Assembly (NCBI RefSeq): GCF_009914755.1
Contig: NC_060929.1
Source of the DNA: the human T2T-CHM13v2.0 reference genome, Homo sapiens
Strand: one strand, 5' to 3'
Length of the DNA stretch: 64,000 bases
The first letter of the stretch is position 1; each line of letters opens with the position of its first letter. A program made the translations under genes and the position numbers. Shown in pieces: positions 15,421 through 29,264 of this stretch. A model generated the notes under the pieces. That model ran no database searches, was not told the origin of the DNA, and worked only from the letters and a program-made list of their open reading frames with translations.

Positions 15421-16420
15421 AAAGGAGAAATTTTAAAGCTGGGTGTCCAGGGGAGACATCACATGTTGGCAGGTTCTGTGATGCCCCCTGAGCCGCAAAA
15501 CCAGTAAGTTTTTATTAGCGATTTTCAAAGGGGAGGGAGTGTACGAATAGGGTGTGGGTCACAGAGATCACATGCTTCAAAGGCAATAAAATATCACAAG
15601 GCAGAAGGTCAGAGCAAGATCACAAGGTCAGGGCAAAACTAGAATTGCTAATGAAGATCCATGTCCCACTGGGCACACATTGTCACTGATAAACATCAGG
15701 AAACAGGGTTTGAGAGCAGACAACTGGTCTGACTAAAATTTACTAGGCAGGAATTTCCTAATCCTAATATACCTGGGGGCGCTGCAGGAGACTAGGGCAT
15801 GTTTCATCCCTATCTACAACTGCATAAGGTAGACACTCATAGAGTGGCCATTTTAGAGGCCCTCCCTGGGAATGCATTCTTTTCCCAGGGATGTTAATTA
15901 TTAATATTCCTTACTGGTGAAGAAATTCAGTGATATTTCTCTTACCAGTTTTTGGCAATAAGAGAAATATGGCTCTGTCCTGCCTGGCCCCCAGGCACTC
16001 AGACCTAATGGTTATCTCCCTTGTTCCCTGAACATCACTGTTATCCTGTTCTTTTTTCAAGGTGCCCAGATTTCATATTGTTCAAACACACAGGCTTTAC
16101 GAACAATTTGTGCAGTTAATGCAATCATCACAGGGTCCTGAGGCGACATACATCTTCAGCTTATGAAGATGATGGGATTAAGAGATTAAAGTAAAGAAAG
16201 GCATAGGAAATTATAAGACTATTGACTGGGGAAGTGATAAATGTCCATGAAATCTTCACAATTTATGTTCAGAGATTGCAGTAAAAACAGGCATAAGAAA
16301 TTATAAAAGTATTAATTTGGGGAAGGAACTAACAAATGTCCATGAAATCTTCAAAATTTATGTTCTTCTGTCATGGCTTCAGCAGGTCCCTCTGTTTGGG
16401 GTCCCTGACTTCCCACAACA
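15421..16420 (-). mobile_element. MER11A-like (HERVK11) LTR, 3' end missing, inside MSTA-int
   Basis: Reverse complement begins tgttgtgggaagtcagggaccccaaac; internal duplicated gaagatttcatggacattt unit; homologous to the LTR at 51806-52847. Confidence 0.9.
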
Positions 16421-18173
16421 GTGTACAGTGTACTTTTGAGTTAATGCTGAAATGAGTTAAGACTTGGGAAACTGTTGAGAAGGGATGATAGTATTTTGCA
16501 ATGTGAGAATAACGTGAGATTTAGGAGGGGCCAGAGCTAAAATGATATGGTTTGGATTTGTGTCCCTGTCCAAATCCCATGGCAAATTGTAATCCCCAGT
16601 GTTGGTGGAGGGGACTGATGGGAGGTGATTGCCTCATGGGGACAGATTTCCCCCTTGCTGTTCTTGTGATAGTGAGTGAGTTCTCATGAGATCTGGTTGT
16701 TTAAAAGTGTGTAGTGCCTACCCCTTCGCTTTCTCTTCCCCCTTCTCTGGCTATATAAGATGTGCCTCCTTCCTCTTTGCCTTCTGTCACGATTGTAAGT
16801 TTTCTGAGGTATCCTCAATCATGCTTCTTGTACAGCCTGTGGAACTATGAGCCAGTTAAACCCCTTTTCTTTATAAATTACCCAGTTTCAGGTAGTTCTT
16901 TATAGCCATGTGACAATGAATTAATATGAAGATGAAAGTAAAATTTCCCCCCAAAAAAGATATGAGAACAATGAACAAATCAATACATAAATTTAACAGC
17001 TTAGATAAAATAAACTAATTCCTCAGTAAACACAAACCACCACAACTCACCCAAAATGAAATAGAAAATTTGAATAGCCCTATTAAGAATTATGTTAAGA
17101 ATATAAAGTTCATAACTTTTTAAAACTCCCAAAAGGAAGTCTCTAGGCCCAGATAGTTTCAATACAAATTCTACCAAACATGTAAAGATAACTAACATAA
17201 ATTCGATGCAATCTCTTCCAGAAAACAGAAGATAAGGAAACACTACCCAATTCATTTTATAAAGCTAATACTACCCTGATACCAAAATCAGACACAAACA
17301 GTACTGAAAAGAAAGGAAAACTACAAAAGAATATCTTTCATAAATATAGATGCAAAAATCCTTTTAAAAATATTAGCAAATAGTATTTAGTGATATATAA
17401 AAAGAATTGTACACCATGACCAAGTGGAATTAATTCCAGAGATGCAAGCCTGTTTCAATATTTGAAAAATGAGCCAATGCCACCTTAGGTAACTAGAAAA
17501 AAAAAGAGCACATTAGATTCAATGAGAAAAAAAACTAGTAAAAATTAGAGCAGAACTCAATGCAGTTAAAGATAGAAAAAATAGTAACACCAAAAGCTGA
17601 TTATTTTAAAAGATCAATAAAATCAGTAAGCCTTGAGCTAGGCTAACTAAGAAAAAAAGAGAAAGAACACAAATTACCAATATCAGAAATGAAAGATGGG
17701 ATATCACTACAGATTCCATGGACATTAAATATTGCCCACTCTCAGGTAGTTCTCTATGGCAATGTGAGAATGAACATTTCTCACATGTTCATTATGTGAG
17801 AAATATTATAGAATAAAGAATAAAGGAATATTATGAACCACTATATGCCCCAATATTTGGTAACCTAGATGAAATGAAACAATTCCTTGAATGACACAAT
17901 CTTTCAAAACACAGACAAGAAAAAATAGGCAATGTAAATAGGTCTCTATCTATTTTAAAAATTGAATCAATAATTAATAACCCTCCAAAAGAAAAATCAT
18001 CAGGCCCAGATAGGTTCACTGGTGAACTCTACCAAATATTTAAAGAAGAAATTATGTCAGTTCCCTGAAATATCTCTCAGATGACAGAAGCAGAGGGAAT
18101 TCTTTCTAACTCATTCCGTGGGGCCAGCATCACCCTAACACCGAAACCAAAGTCATTACAAGAAAAGAAAACT

Positions 18174-18480
<307 letters not shown>

Positions 18481-20697
18481 AGAAAAGAAAACTACAGACC
18501 AATTTCTCTGATAAACAGAGACGCAAAACCCCTCAAGCAAACTGAACCCAACAATGTATAAGAAGACATTTGCTCTGCTCCCTGTGTCCCAGCCACTCCA
18601 GCTCCAGCTATGGCTAAAAGGGACCCAGACACATTTCAGGCAGGACACATAATACAACACAATCAAGTGGGATTTATCCCAGGTATTCAAGGCTAGTTCA
18701 ACATTCAAAAATTGATTAATGTAATCCATGACACTGACAGGCTAAAGAAAAAAATTACATGATCATACCTATAGATGGAGGACAAACACTTGACAAAATC
18801 CAACACCCATTTATGATAAAATATCTCAGTAAAATAGGAATAGAGATAAAACTCTTCAATTTAATACAGAATATCTCTTCATACTTATGAGAATCTAGAA
18901 GCTTTCCCACTAAGATCAAAAGTAAGGCAAAGATGTCCTCTTTCACCACTCCTTTTTGACACCATATTGAAAGTTCTAGGTAGTACAATAAAACAAGAAA
19001 AGGAAATATAAGTATACTAATTGCAAAGGAAGAAATAATACTTTGTTCACAGATGACGTGAATGCTATGTAGATTTAAAAAAAAAAAAAAAAAACACTCC
19101 TGAAACAATTGTAGCAAGTGATTGTACCCAGCCTTGAAGGACACAAGGTTAATAAAGTGAGTTGTTTTACTATATACCAGCAATGAACAAGAAGTATTTA
19201 AAATTAAAAACTTAATACCATTTACATTAGCATTCTCCAAAAATTAAATACTTAGATACATCGAACAAAATATGTACAAGATCTATATGAGGGAAAATAC
19301 AAAATTCTGATGAAGGAAATAAAAGAAGCTATAAATATATGAAGAGATATTCCATGCTAATGGATAGGAAGATTCAATGTTATTCAAATGTTAGTTCTTT
19401 CCAACTTAATCTATAGACTTAATGCAATCCCAACCAAAATCTTAGCAATTTACTTTGTGGATATTCACAAAATGATTCTAAAATTTATATGGAGAGTCAA
19501 AACACACAGACTAGCCAATACAGAATGCAAGGAGAAGTGGAGAACTGACACTATCGGACTTCAAGATTTACATTAAAGGTATAATCATCAAGACCATGTG
19601 ATATTAGTGAAAGAATAGATAAATAGATAATGAAACAGAATAGAGAGCCCATAAATAGACCAACATAAATATAATCAACTTATCTTTGACAAAGTGGGAA
19701 AGGCAATGTAATGAAGAAAAGACAGGCTTTTCAACAAATGGTGCTGAACAAATGAACATTCACAGGCAAAAATAATCCAGACACCCTTTGGGAAAACTAA
19801 CACAATAAATCTTATATTCTTCAAGAAAATTAATGCAAACTGGATGACAGAGTTAAATGTACAATATAAAACTCTAAAATTCTTAGAGATAATACAGGAG
19901 AAAAATCTAGATAACCTTGTTTTTTTCAATGACTGTTTAGATACAACATCAAAGGAATTACCCATGAAAGAAATAATTGATAAGCTGGATTTTATAAAAC
20001 TTAAAAATGTCTGCTCTGTGAAACACACTATTTAGGGAATAAAAAGACAAGTCATATACTGACAGAAAATATTTGCAAAAGACATCTGATAAATCAACTG
20101 CTGTCAAAATTTACAAAGAACTCTTAATACTCAACAATAAGGAAATTAGCAACCTGATTAAAAACTAGAACAAAGACCTTAACAGGAACCTCACTGAAGA
20201 AGATATACATATGACAAGCATATGAAATGATATCCCATATCATATGCATTTCCATGGTGAAGAAAATGCAAATTAAAACAAAAATGAGATACCACCACAC
20301 ATCTATTGAAATGGTCAAAATCCAGAACACTGACAATACCAAATGCTGGCAAAGATATGGAGCAATAGGAACTCACCTTCATTGCTGGTGAGGATGCAAA
20401 ATAGTGCAGCCACTTTGGAAGACAATTTGGCTGCTTCTTACAAGACTAAACATACTCGTACCATATAATCCAGCAGTAACACTTCTTGATATTTACCTAA
20501 ATGAGTTGAAAACTCTTGTCCACAAAGAAACCTGCCCAAGGTTGTTTATAGCAACGTTATCAATAACTGCCAAAACTTAAAAGCAACGAAGATGTCTTTC
20601 AGTAGGTGAATGAATACACAAACTGTACATCCAGATAATAAAATATTATTCAGCACTAAAAAGAAATGAGCTTTCAAGCCATAAAAAAACTTCAGGG

Positions 20698-20968
<271 letters not shown>

Positions 20969-23900
20969 ATATTACTAAGTGAAAAAGGCCAATCTGAAAA
21001 GGCTACATATTGTATGCTTTACAACTATATGACATTCTATAAAATGCAAAACTAAAAAGATCAGTGGTTTCCAGGGGTAGGAGAGTGGAGAAATGAATAG
21101 GTGGAGCACAGAAAATTCTCAGGGCAGTGAAAATCCTCTATATGAGAATATAATGGTGGATATATGTCATTATAAATTGGTCCAAACCTATAGAATGTAC
21201 AACACCAAGAGTGAACTCTAATGTAAACAATAAACTTTAGGTGATAATGATGTGTCAACATATATTCATCAATTATAACAAATGTACTACTCCGGTGGGG
21301 GATGTTGAAAATGGGAGAAGCTATGTATATATGGGAGCAGGGAGATTATGAGATATCTCTTTACTTTCCTCTCAGTTTTGGTATAAACCTAATACTGCTC
21401 TTAAAAAATAAACACTTTTTAAAAAATTAATCAATATAGTCCATCATATTAATAGGCTAAAGAAGAAAAGTCACATGACCATATCAACTGATGCAGGAAA
21501 AGCACTTGACAAAATTCAATACCCATTCAAAATCAAAAAAAGCTCTCAGAAAACTTCCGTGACTTGATAGAAAGCATCTACAAAAACAAAACAAAACAGA
21601 TAGTTAATAGTATACCCAATGATAAAAGTCTGAATGCCTTCTCCCTAAGACTGGAGAAAAGGCAAGAGATGTTGCTCTCCCCATTCTTATTCAATATAGT
21701 GCTCAAAATTCTAGCCAAAGTAATAAAGCAAGAAAAGAAAGTTGAAAGGCATATGAAGAGAAAGGAAGAAATAAAACTGCCCCATTGGCAAATGACATTA
21801 TTGTATACATAGGAAATCCCAAAGAATCTTCTAAAAAAACCATCTTAGGGTTAATAAGACAGTTTAGCAAATTCACAGTATATACAAAGTAAACATACAA
21901 AAATTAATTATGTGTTTACATACTAGCAATAAGCACATGAATACTAAAATTAAAAATATAAGGACTTAGAAAATGAGATATTTAGAAGTCAATCTAACAA
22001 AACACATATAGAGCTAGGATGTTGAAAACTACACAACACTGATGGAAAAAATCAAAGAAGATCTAAATAAATCAAGACACATACCATGTTCATGGATCAC
22101 AAGACTTGACATAGCAAAGATGTCAATTCTTCCCAAACTAATATATAGATGTAATACAATTCCTGTTAAAATCCCAGCAAGATTTTGTAGACAAGATTAT
22201 TGTAAAATTTATATGGAAGGACAGAGAAACTAAAATTACTAAAACAATTTTGAAAAAGTAGACTAAAATGGGAGGAATCAGTCTACCTGATTTCATGACT
22301 AATTATATAGCTACAGTTATGAAGACTGTGTGCTATTGATGGAACAAAACCTAAAACTCAGATATAGACTCGCAAAAATACATCCAGCTAATTTTTTACA
22401 AAAGTGCAAAAGCAACTTAATGAAACAAAAACAGCCTTTCAACAAATGGTGCTGGAACAATCAGACATCCATAGGCAAACAACAAAGCAAGAAAGGAAGG
22501 AAGAGAGAAAAGGAGGGAGGAGGGGAGGGAGGAGAACCTCTAAGTCTCATACCTCATACAAAAATTAACTCAAAATGGATTATGGACTTAAATGTAAAAT
22601 ATAAATATGAGGTGGTGGTACCATGAGAGAAATGGGTATAGCTATAAAAGGATAACATGAGGGATTCTTGTGATGGAAAAGTGTGTCATCTTGACCACAT
22701 CAGTGTTAAAATCCTGGCTGTGATACTGTGCAGTAATTTTGCAAGATGTTGCCATCAGAGGAAACTGGGTAGAGGGTACATACTAATACCTCTCTGAATT
22801 AGTTCTTACAAATGTTATGAATCTACAACTATTCCAAAATAAAAAGTTTAACATAAAAATACTAAGAAATATCTCTCTCAAAAGTTTAACCCATATTTGA
22901 GTTTAAAACAAGAAAGGAAATCTCAATTCACCCAAAGAGAAAGGGAAACTTAAGGCTGGAGAGTGGATGGAAGTTAAAGCTGGATGGCCCTTGAGAGATC
23001 CATGACCAGCTATTCAGATAAAGAATTAGAATTTGATTTCCCAGCAGGGGCTGGAATTAGAGTTTTTGATAGAGTCAAAAACTGTATTCACTTTAGTAAA
23101 GCCTGAGCTAAGAAATGCTATGAACAGGAATTACATAATGTGCTATAAACAGAAATTAAAATTATAAGTTTAATGACCCAGGTACACAGTCCAGAGGATA
23201 AGTGCTTAGCAGAATTAGAACGCCCTTTGAAAAATCAGAACCCCAATCCTGTCTTCTGCACGAGGGTGGATATCTTGGACTATCCTTCCAGTGCAGAAAT
23301 CTAAACTAAAATACTAACAACAAATTCACTTGGAACCAATTTGGTAGTGCTCCTGGCAACAGCAAAACCAAACCCACCCCCACTGCGATACTCATTCCTG
23401 AGGATAAATTCAGAATCTAACTGATTAAAGAACACAGTTCCTCCATCAAAAAGCTGAGAATGGAAGAAATTAACTAAACTGTTAAAACAAACAAATTCCA
23501 CAATGCCAAAGTTGTGAAAATGTTGATGGGAGAAGGGTAGTGAAAACGGTGGAGATGAGAGAGGACAGCTGCTGAGCCGAGACACGGGCTGACTCAGTCT
23601 GGGAGCAGCCTCAAAGAGGACAAGGGCTGGAACCATGCTAGAGTATATTAAATGCAGGAAGAAGGTTGTCCCACAGCTTCCCATAGGTAGCTTTTCTAGG
23701 GTCCTCAGTTTGAAATCATCTGAGTCTGCTCCAGAGGAGACTAAATGAGTCTCAAATCACAGACAACTCCAAGAGCCTCCAACATCTCATTCAGATGACC
23801 ACATCTGAAACAAACAAAGCCAGGCTTGCACCCCAGGAATGACAGGCAGACGTCCTGGTCCACATGAATGTGTTTCTTCCTAAGAAGGACTTCCCAAATG

Positions 23901-24513
23901 CTACTTCTGCCCCTAAAAGTGGAGAAGGGCTTAGTGCCAGCAGATCCTAGGCCTGCCATCCTGTGAATTTGAATGTAGGGCCATACCTGGGTGAAAGAGA
24001 GAACAACTACACTGGATGTCAGACCCTAGACACGTGATCAGAAGTCAGGTACAAGTCCAACCACTATCCTTTGGACTACGACCACTCTAGGTGGACACTG
24101 GCAAATTGTGGCACACAAGCAAATGAACTTGAATCCAGCCAAGTAGTGCACACACAGAAAGGAAAGAAACTCATTTGGCTTTGGGTGCCTTTTTTTTTTT
24201 ATAACCATCCATTAAACATCCAATTTTGTGTAAAAGGTTCCAAAATAATCCTCCCAGTAGAATTTCTTCTGGCAAAATCATTCACTGATCTGGATGTGAA
24301 AATTTCCCATCATCTTAACTAACACTTTGTGCTTCTGAACGTCGTATGAATCTGAAATCTGAATCTGAAAATGCCTACATGGTAGTACTCCTGCTCCTTG
24401 GGGACATTTGAAATTGAAAGGGTCCTAGTATTCTATTCCCAAGCCTAGGATAATGCTAAACAATATGCAATTTCCCTTAGAAAGCACAAGATGAAAATAG
24501 GGAGCAATTTACA

Positions 24514-25240
24514 GCAGTGGTTGCACCCCTGGTTGCTCATTAGAATCACCTGGGGAGATCTGGTACTTTAGAGTAACACTGGCCAATACCACCCATTAAC
24601 ACCCACTTATGCTAATCCAGTGGTTGGCAACATTGACTGCAATTTAGAATCTCCTGCCAGGGAGCTTTAAAAAATGCTGATGCTGGGACTCTACTCTCAG
24701 ACCAATTAAATCAAAACATCTAGGCTGTGGGGTTGGTGCATGGGTCCATTTTAAAGCTAGCCAGCTAGTCTTCATGTTGAGCCAGGGTTAACAACGACTA
24801 CTCTAGTCCAGGGCTCCTCCAACTTCAGCGGGCATCAGAATCTCCTGGATAGCTAATTAAAACAAAGGTTTCAGACAAGCAAATCTACAGAGACCAAATG
24901 TAGATCAGTGGTTCCCTAGGAGTGGAGGAATGGGGGAATGGGTAAGTGACTGCTAAGGGATATAGGTTTCTTTGTGGGCTAATGAAAATATTCTAAAATT
25001 CATGGTGATGGCTGCACAACTCTGAACACATTTAAAGCCATTTAGCTGTAAACTTTAAGTGGGTTAACCGTATATATGTGAATTATATCTCAGTAAAGCA
25101 GCTAAACACACACAGAGACATTTTTGCCCATTCCCCCGAGATTCTGACACACTAGGTCTGAAGTGCAGCCCATGGGTTTGTCTTTGTAATGAGCTCCCCA
25201 TTCAATGTGATGTTGATTCTGCAGGTCCACAGACCATACT
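24514..25240. mobile_element. Cluster of MER5A/MER5B MITEs with an L1MB 3' fragment (24870-25105)
   Basis: Repeated tagaatcacctgggga / cagaatctcctgg motifs; L1MB 3'UTR motif gactgctaagggatataggtttcttt. Confidence 0.65.
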
Positions 25241-26267
25241 GCTCCATCCCATGGAAAGATGCTCATGTTTAATGAGCAGGATAATGTTTCATCATCCAGA
25301 ACTTTCTCCAGTTCTGGCCATAGAGGACCAGGTGCCATAATGCTTCCAGGGTTGTCTCACAGGAATGAGAGCCAGGATTGCAAAGGCGAGATGTGATGTG
25401 AGTCCAGAGCAAGCCTAGATGATGACAGCCGTGGAGCTGGGAAATGTTCTGCAGCTCAATGAAGCCCCTGATGAGGCCCAGAGAGAAGAGGAAAAGAAAA
25501 ATAGAAAACCATTCACCATTCTTGATTTTCTGCTATGATCTAATTAGGAGGAAACGATAAACACCTAATATGAAAATCCAAATTTACAGAAAGAGGCAAA
25601 GCAAGACTTTCCATTTATTGTACAAAGCAATTCATCCCCAGAGGTCCTCTGGAAAACTTAAACTGCTGGATAATGTTTTACTGAATTTTCTCACAGTATT
25701 CTAGCAAAGCCAAACTCCAGAGATACAAGATAAACAGAGCCCTAAATTACAAAGTACAGAAATTCTTAGCAAAATGGCAGTAACAATGGGAGGATTTGGA
25801 ACAAGTGCCTTTTGTAGGAATGCCAATGCCACTAGAAGTTTTGCTTAGCAAACCAGCCCTGGCACAGGGACCAAGGCCAAAAACACGGACTCCTCCATAA
25901 CCACTTTCGAGACTCTGGGATTCCTTCCCCTGCAGTCACTCACTCCCTAAACACACACCTCAAAAAATCTCAACAGAATTCCTGAGCATTGTTTGCCCTG
26001 CAGTTGCTGGTGGGGCCATCACTGTTGCTGCATTTTGAGATATAGCGTATAATGATAGAAAGACTTGAACCCAAAGTAACTTGCACAGTGAATTTATTCA
26101 GTATCTCCAAACTGTCTCATCTGCTAAAACGAGGCAAAGTGGACAATGTACATAAACCACATAGTAAACCACATATCCCAGTGCCTGGCATATTCGAATA
26201 ATAAAATACAATAACAGCAGCCAATATTCATTGAGTGTTTATTATTTATTAAACACTCTTCACAATT

Positions 26268-26487
26268 AAGTGTCAGTAAACTTTTTCTGAAAGACCAGAC
26301 AGCAAATATTGTGCGGTTCTTCAGCCATACAGTAACTACACCAACTACTCAGCTCTGTTGTTGCAGTTTGAAAACAGCCATAGACAATCTGTAAACACAC
26401 AGCATATCTGCCTTTCAATAAAACTTTATTTATAAAAACAAGAGGCAGGCCAGATTTGGCCTATGGTTCATAGTTTGCCAAACTTTG
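26268..26487 (+). mobile_element. MER58A MITE within a MIR
   Basis: aactactcagctctg..cagccatagacaat..aataaaactttatttataaaaaca..ggccagatttggcc; MIR core (ccattttatagatgagaaaacagaggc) follows. Confidence 0.75.
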
Positions 26488-27028
26488 CTCCATGAGACAG
26501 GTACTACTATTATCTCCATTTTATAGATGAGAAAACAGAGGCACAAAGGGATCAACTGACTGCCCGAGGTTCCCTCATGAAGTCTGATTACGAAGCACAC
26601 AGAGTCAACTATTATATCACAGCAGCTTCTATCACCATCATTATTCATAAATTCTCAGTCCAAATCTAGGTTCTGCTCATTCAAAATACGCTGTCCAGCC
26701 AGTCAGTTGCCTCAGAGCTGCCTCAGAGGCTGAAAACCAAACTCAAATCCTCCCTCTTCTTCCCCCTCCAACCCCAAACTGATGTTGCTGGTTGGAGTTC
26801 TGTCTGCCTCCTCTGAACCCTCAGTGCCCTTACTCTTTGTATCTCTCAAGTCGATCTCTTTTATTTATTAAATACTTTCTCGCCAACCACTTTGGAGGCC
26901 AGGATCATCACATCACAGGGGTTCAACTCCCATATGTCAGTGCATCTGTGAACCTGTTGGTAGTAGGTCTACCAGCTGAGACTCTAGGGGCCAGGGCAGA
27001 GGAAGGAGATGCCAGAGCCCACACTCAC

Positions 27029-27390
27029 CAGTCCATGGCAGGCACTGAGGGCTGCCGTCCCAACTCTGGTGCCCTGCTGTAGAACCGTGCCACTGAGATG
27101 GCAGAGGGGGGCAGAGGAAGCCATCATCTTAACATGGGAGAGGTTCCCATATCTCTTCTCCATGATGTAGCTATTGGAAAGAAATCCTTGATTGACCGTC
27201 AAGTTAAAAAACAGGTCCTTCTCCTCGTGAGAAATTCTGTAGTACACCCAGTCCTCTGAGCCATCCAAATCTCTCTTCCTCCTGCTGCTCGTGATGGGAT
27301 AGTGCAAGCCATATGACAAAAAATGCCCACTGGCATCTACTCGGACTGGACCCACCACGTGGTATTCTGGCAGGCCCTTGATAAAATGCT
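27029..27390 (-). CDS. ADAMTS12: ADAMTS12 coding exon 2 (reprolysin-family prodomain)
   Basis: Acceptor tttctttcag| at 27391 and donor CTG|GTGAGT at 27028. The 362 nt encode (E)[26 protein letters not shown]...SSRRKRDL...AALSACHGL. 127+362=489 nt=163 codons. Furin-type RRKR at 79-82, N-glycosylation sequons N105 and N125, typical ADAMTS 'AALSxCxGL' motif. Confidence 0.97.
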
Positions 27391-27474
27391 CTGAAAGAAA
27401 AGGAGAAATGGAAGAACAGTGAGGGAGATTGGTAGTAAAGCAAAGCCACTTTCGTTTGGAACTTGAATGCTAGC

Positions 27475-27783
27475 TTTTTTTTTTTTTGGAAATGGAGTTT
27501 TGCTCTTGTTTCCCAGGCTGGAGTGCAATGGCACGATCCGGGCTCACCGCAACCTCCTCCTCACTGGGTTCAAGCAATTCTCCTGCCTCAGCCTCCTGAG
27601 TATCTGGGATTACAGGCATGTGCCACAACACCTGGCTAATTTTGTTTTTTTTTTTTTTTTTTTAGTAGAGACAGGATTTCTCCATGTTGCTCAGGTTGGT
27701 CTTGAACTCCCGACCTCAGGTGATCCGCCTGCCCTGCCCTTCCAAAGTGCTAGAATTACAGGTGTGAGCTACCATGCCCAGCC
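27475..27783 (-). mobile_element. AluSp/Sq, 84 nt from the exon 2 acceptor
   Basis: ggagttttgctcttgtt..ggagtgcaatgg; TSD ctagcttttt. Confidence 0.92.
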
Positions 27784-28475
27784 ACTAGCTTTTTAATTAC
27801 AAAATCCCACTGTTGACTTGAAGTTTAGAGATCCTTTCCATCACACAAATACTGTTAACATTAAACTCCCAGAACAACTCAAATTTACCTAGTGCTTCCT
27901 CCTCAGTGACATGATATCAGGTGTTTTACCAGAGACACATTAAGATGGGAATTAATCCGTGAGGGGTACTGTTAGAAAAGGGGCAAGATCTGAATGAGGA
28001 ACAGGAATCTTTCAAGTCTAGAGTTCAGAAAGACAAATCACAGAGCTTCACTGTGGATTATAAGGTGCTTCAACACATCAAGAACTTCCTGATAAAGTCA
28101 GATTAGAGGGAAAAAAAACACAAAATCATGGAGAACTCATCATATGCACGCTGACAAACCTCATACCAATTACAGCATAAGAGTGTTCCATAATGCAGCA
28201 AAGAGTGCATAAAAGAAGCTGGGTTTTAAAAAAGTGTTTACCAAATTAATATGATAAGGAGATATGTCAGGATCTGAGGCATTGGCTCAAAACATAAAAA
28301 CTGCCACTTTAAAAATGCAAGACTGGAACCCTTGATCCTTCCCCACACAAGAACACATACACATTTTGACCTACTCAAATTTGCCTCCCTACCACTACCT
28401 CCTTATTTTGATGTTTGAGAATAACAAAGGATCTACCTAGGAGGGAATTTATCATCACTCTGGATTACACTTCTT

Positions 28476-28763
28476 CTTTTTTTGTTGTTTTGTTTTGTTT
28501 TGTTTTGTATTGTTTTTTGAGACAGATTTTTGCACTTGTTGCCCAGGCTGGAGTGCAATGGCATGATCTCGACTCACCGCAACCTCCGCCTTCCAGGTTC
28601 AGGTGATTCTCCTACCTCAGCCTCCTAAGTAGCTGGGATTACAGGTGTGCACCACCATGCCCGGCTAATTTTGTATTTTTCGTAGAGATGGGGTTTCTCC
28701 ATGTTGGTCAGGCTGGTCTTGAACTCCTGACCTCAGGTGATCCACCCACCTTGGCCTCCCAAA
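28476..28763 (-). mobile_element. AluSp/Sq lacking its first ~35 nt
   Basis: (TTTTG)n tail; Alu body ends at ggcctcccaaa. Confidence 0.9.
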
Positions 28764-29205
28764 ACTATTAACCATTTAGTAAGATAAACTAATATTTTGA
28801 AACAAACAAACAAAAAACCTTCTACTTATCACCTCTCAGTTGTAGTTTTGCACTTTGGATCTTGCTTTTACTTTGCTCGTGTAACTTCCCCAACTAGAAT
28901 GTCTTTTGCATTCTATCAAAATCCTGTTTAAGCATTCAAATCTCAACTCAAATCCTTCCTCTTTATTCTCCTAGTGTCCCTGGCTAAACTTCTCTCTCCT
29001 TTCCCTGAACCCTCATGCCCTTACTTTCTGTACCTCCTAGAATGGCTTTATTTTATATTGCCTTTTATTATATGATTTATCCCCAAATCTGCCAGAATCT
29101 TGCACATCACAGGTGCTCAGTTCTTATATGTTGATGTATCAGTAAACACTATTGCAGCTGGTTAATTAAAATAACTGGGCTTGATGGGCTACAATTATAA
29201 AAGAG

Positions 29206-29264
29206 TTTTTTTGTTTGTTTGTTTGGTTTTTTTTTTGTTTTTTTTTTTTTTGTTTTTTTTTTTT
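29206..29264. repeat. T-rich simple tract
   Basis: 59 nt of T with interspersed G. Confidence 0.9.

Larger units (their letters stand above)
13731..16928 (+). mobile_element. MSTA-like MaLR provirus (LTRs 13731-14111 and 16543-16928, partly deleted internal region)
   Basis: Two direct LTRs beginning tgatatggtttggatttgtgtccc; MaLR internal sequence; 5-bp flanks aagtt/aagat. Confidence 0.9.

Noticed and set aside
16170-16370. ~90-nt tandem repeat resembling an array
   Set aside because: Internal duplication typical of MER11A LTRs; no spacers, not CRISPR-like.
23301-23684. 127-aa minus-strand ORF in non-repeat intron 2 as an extra exon
   Set aside because: No ADAMTS similarity, no recognisable domain, no convincing splice sites identified.
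26984-27358. Track ORF as a stand-alone 124-aa gene
   Set aside because: It is ADAMTS12 exon 2 read from an internal GTG and through the splice donor.
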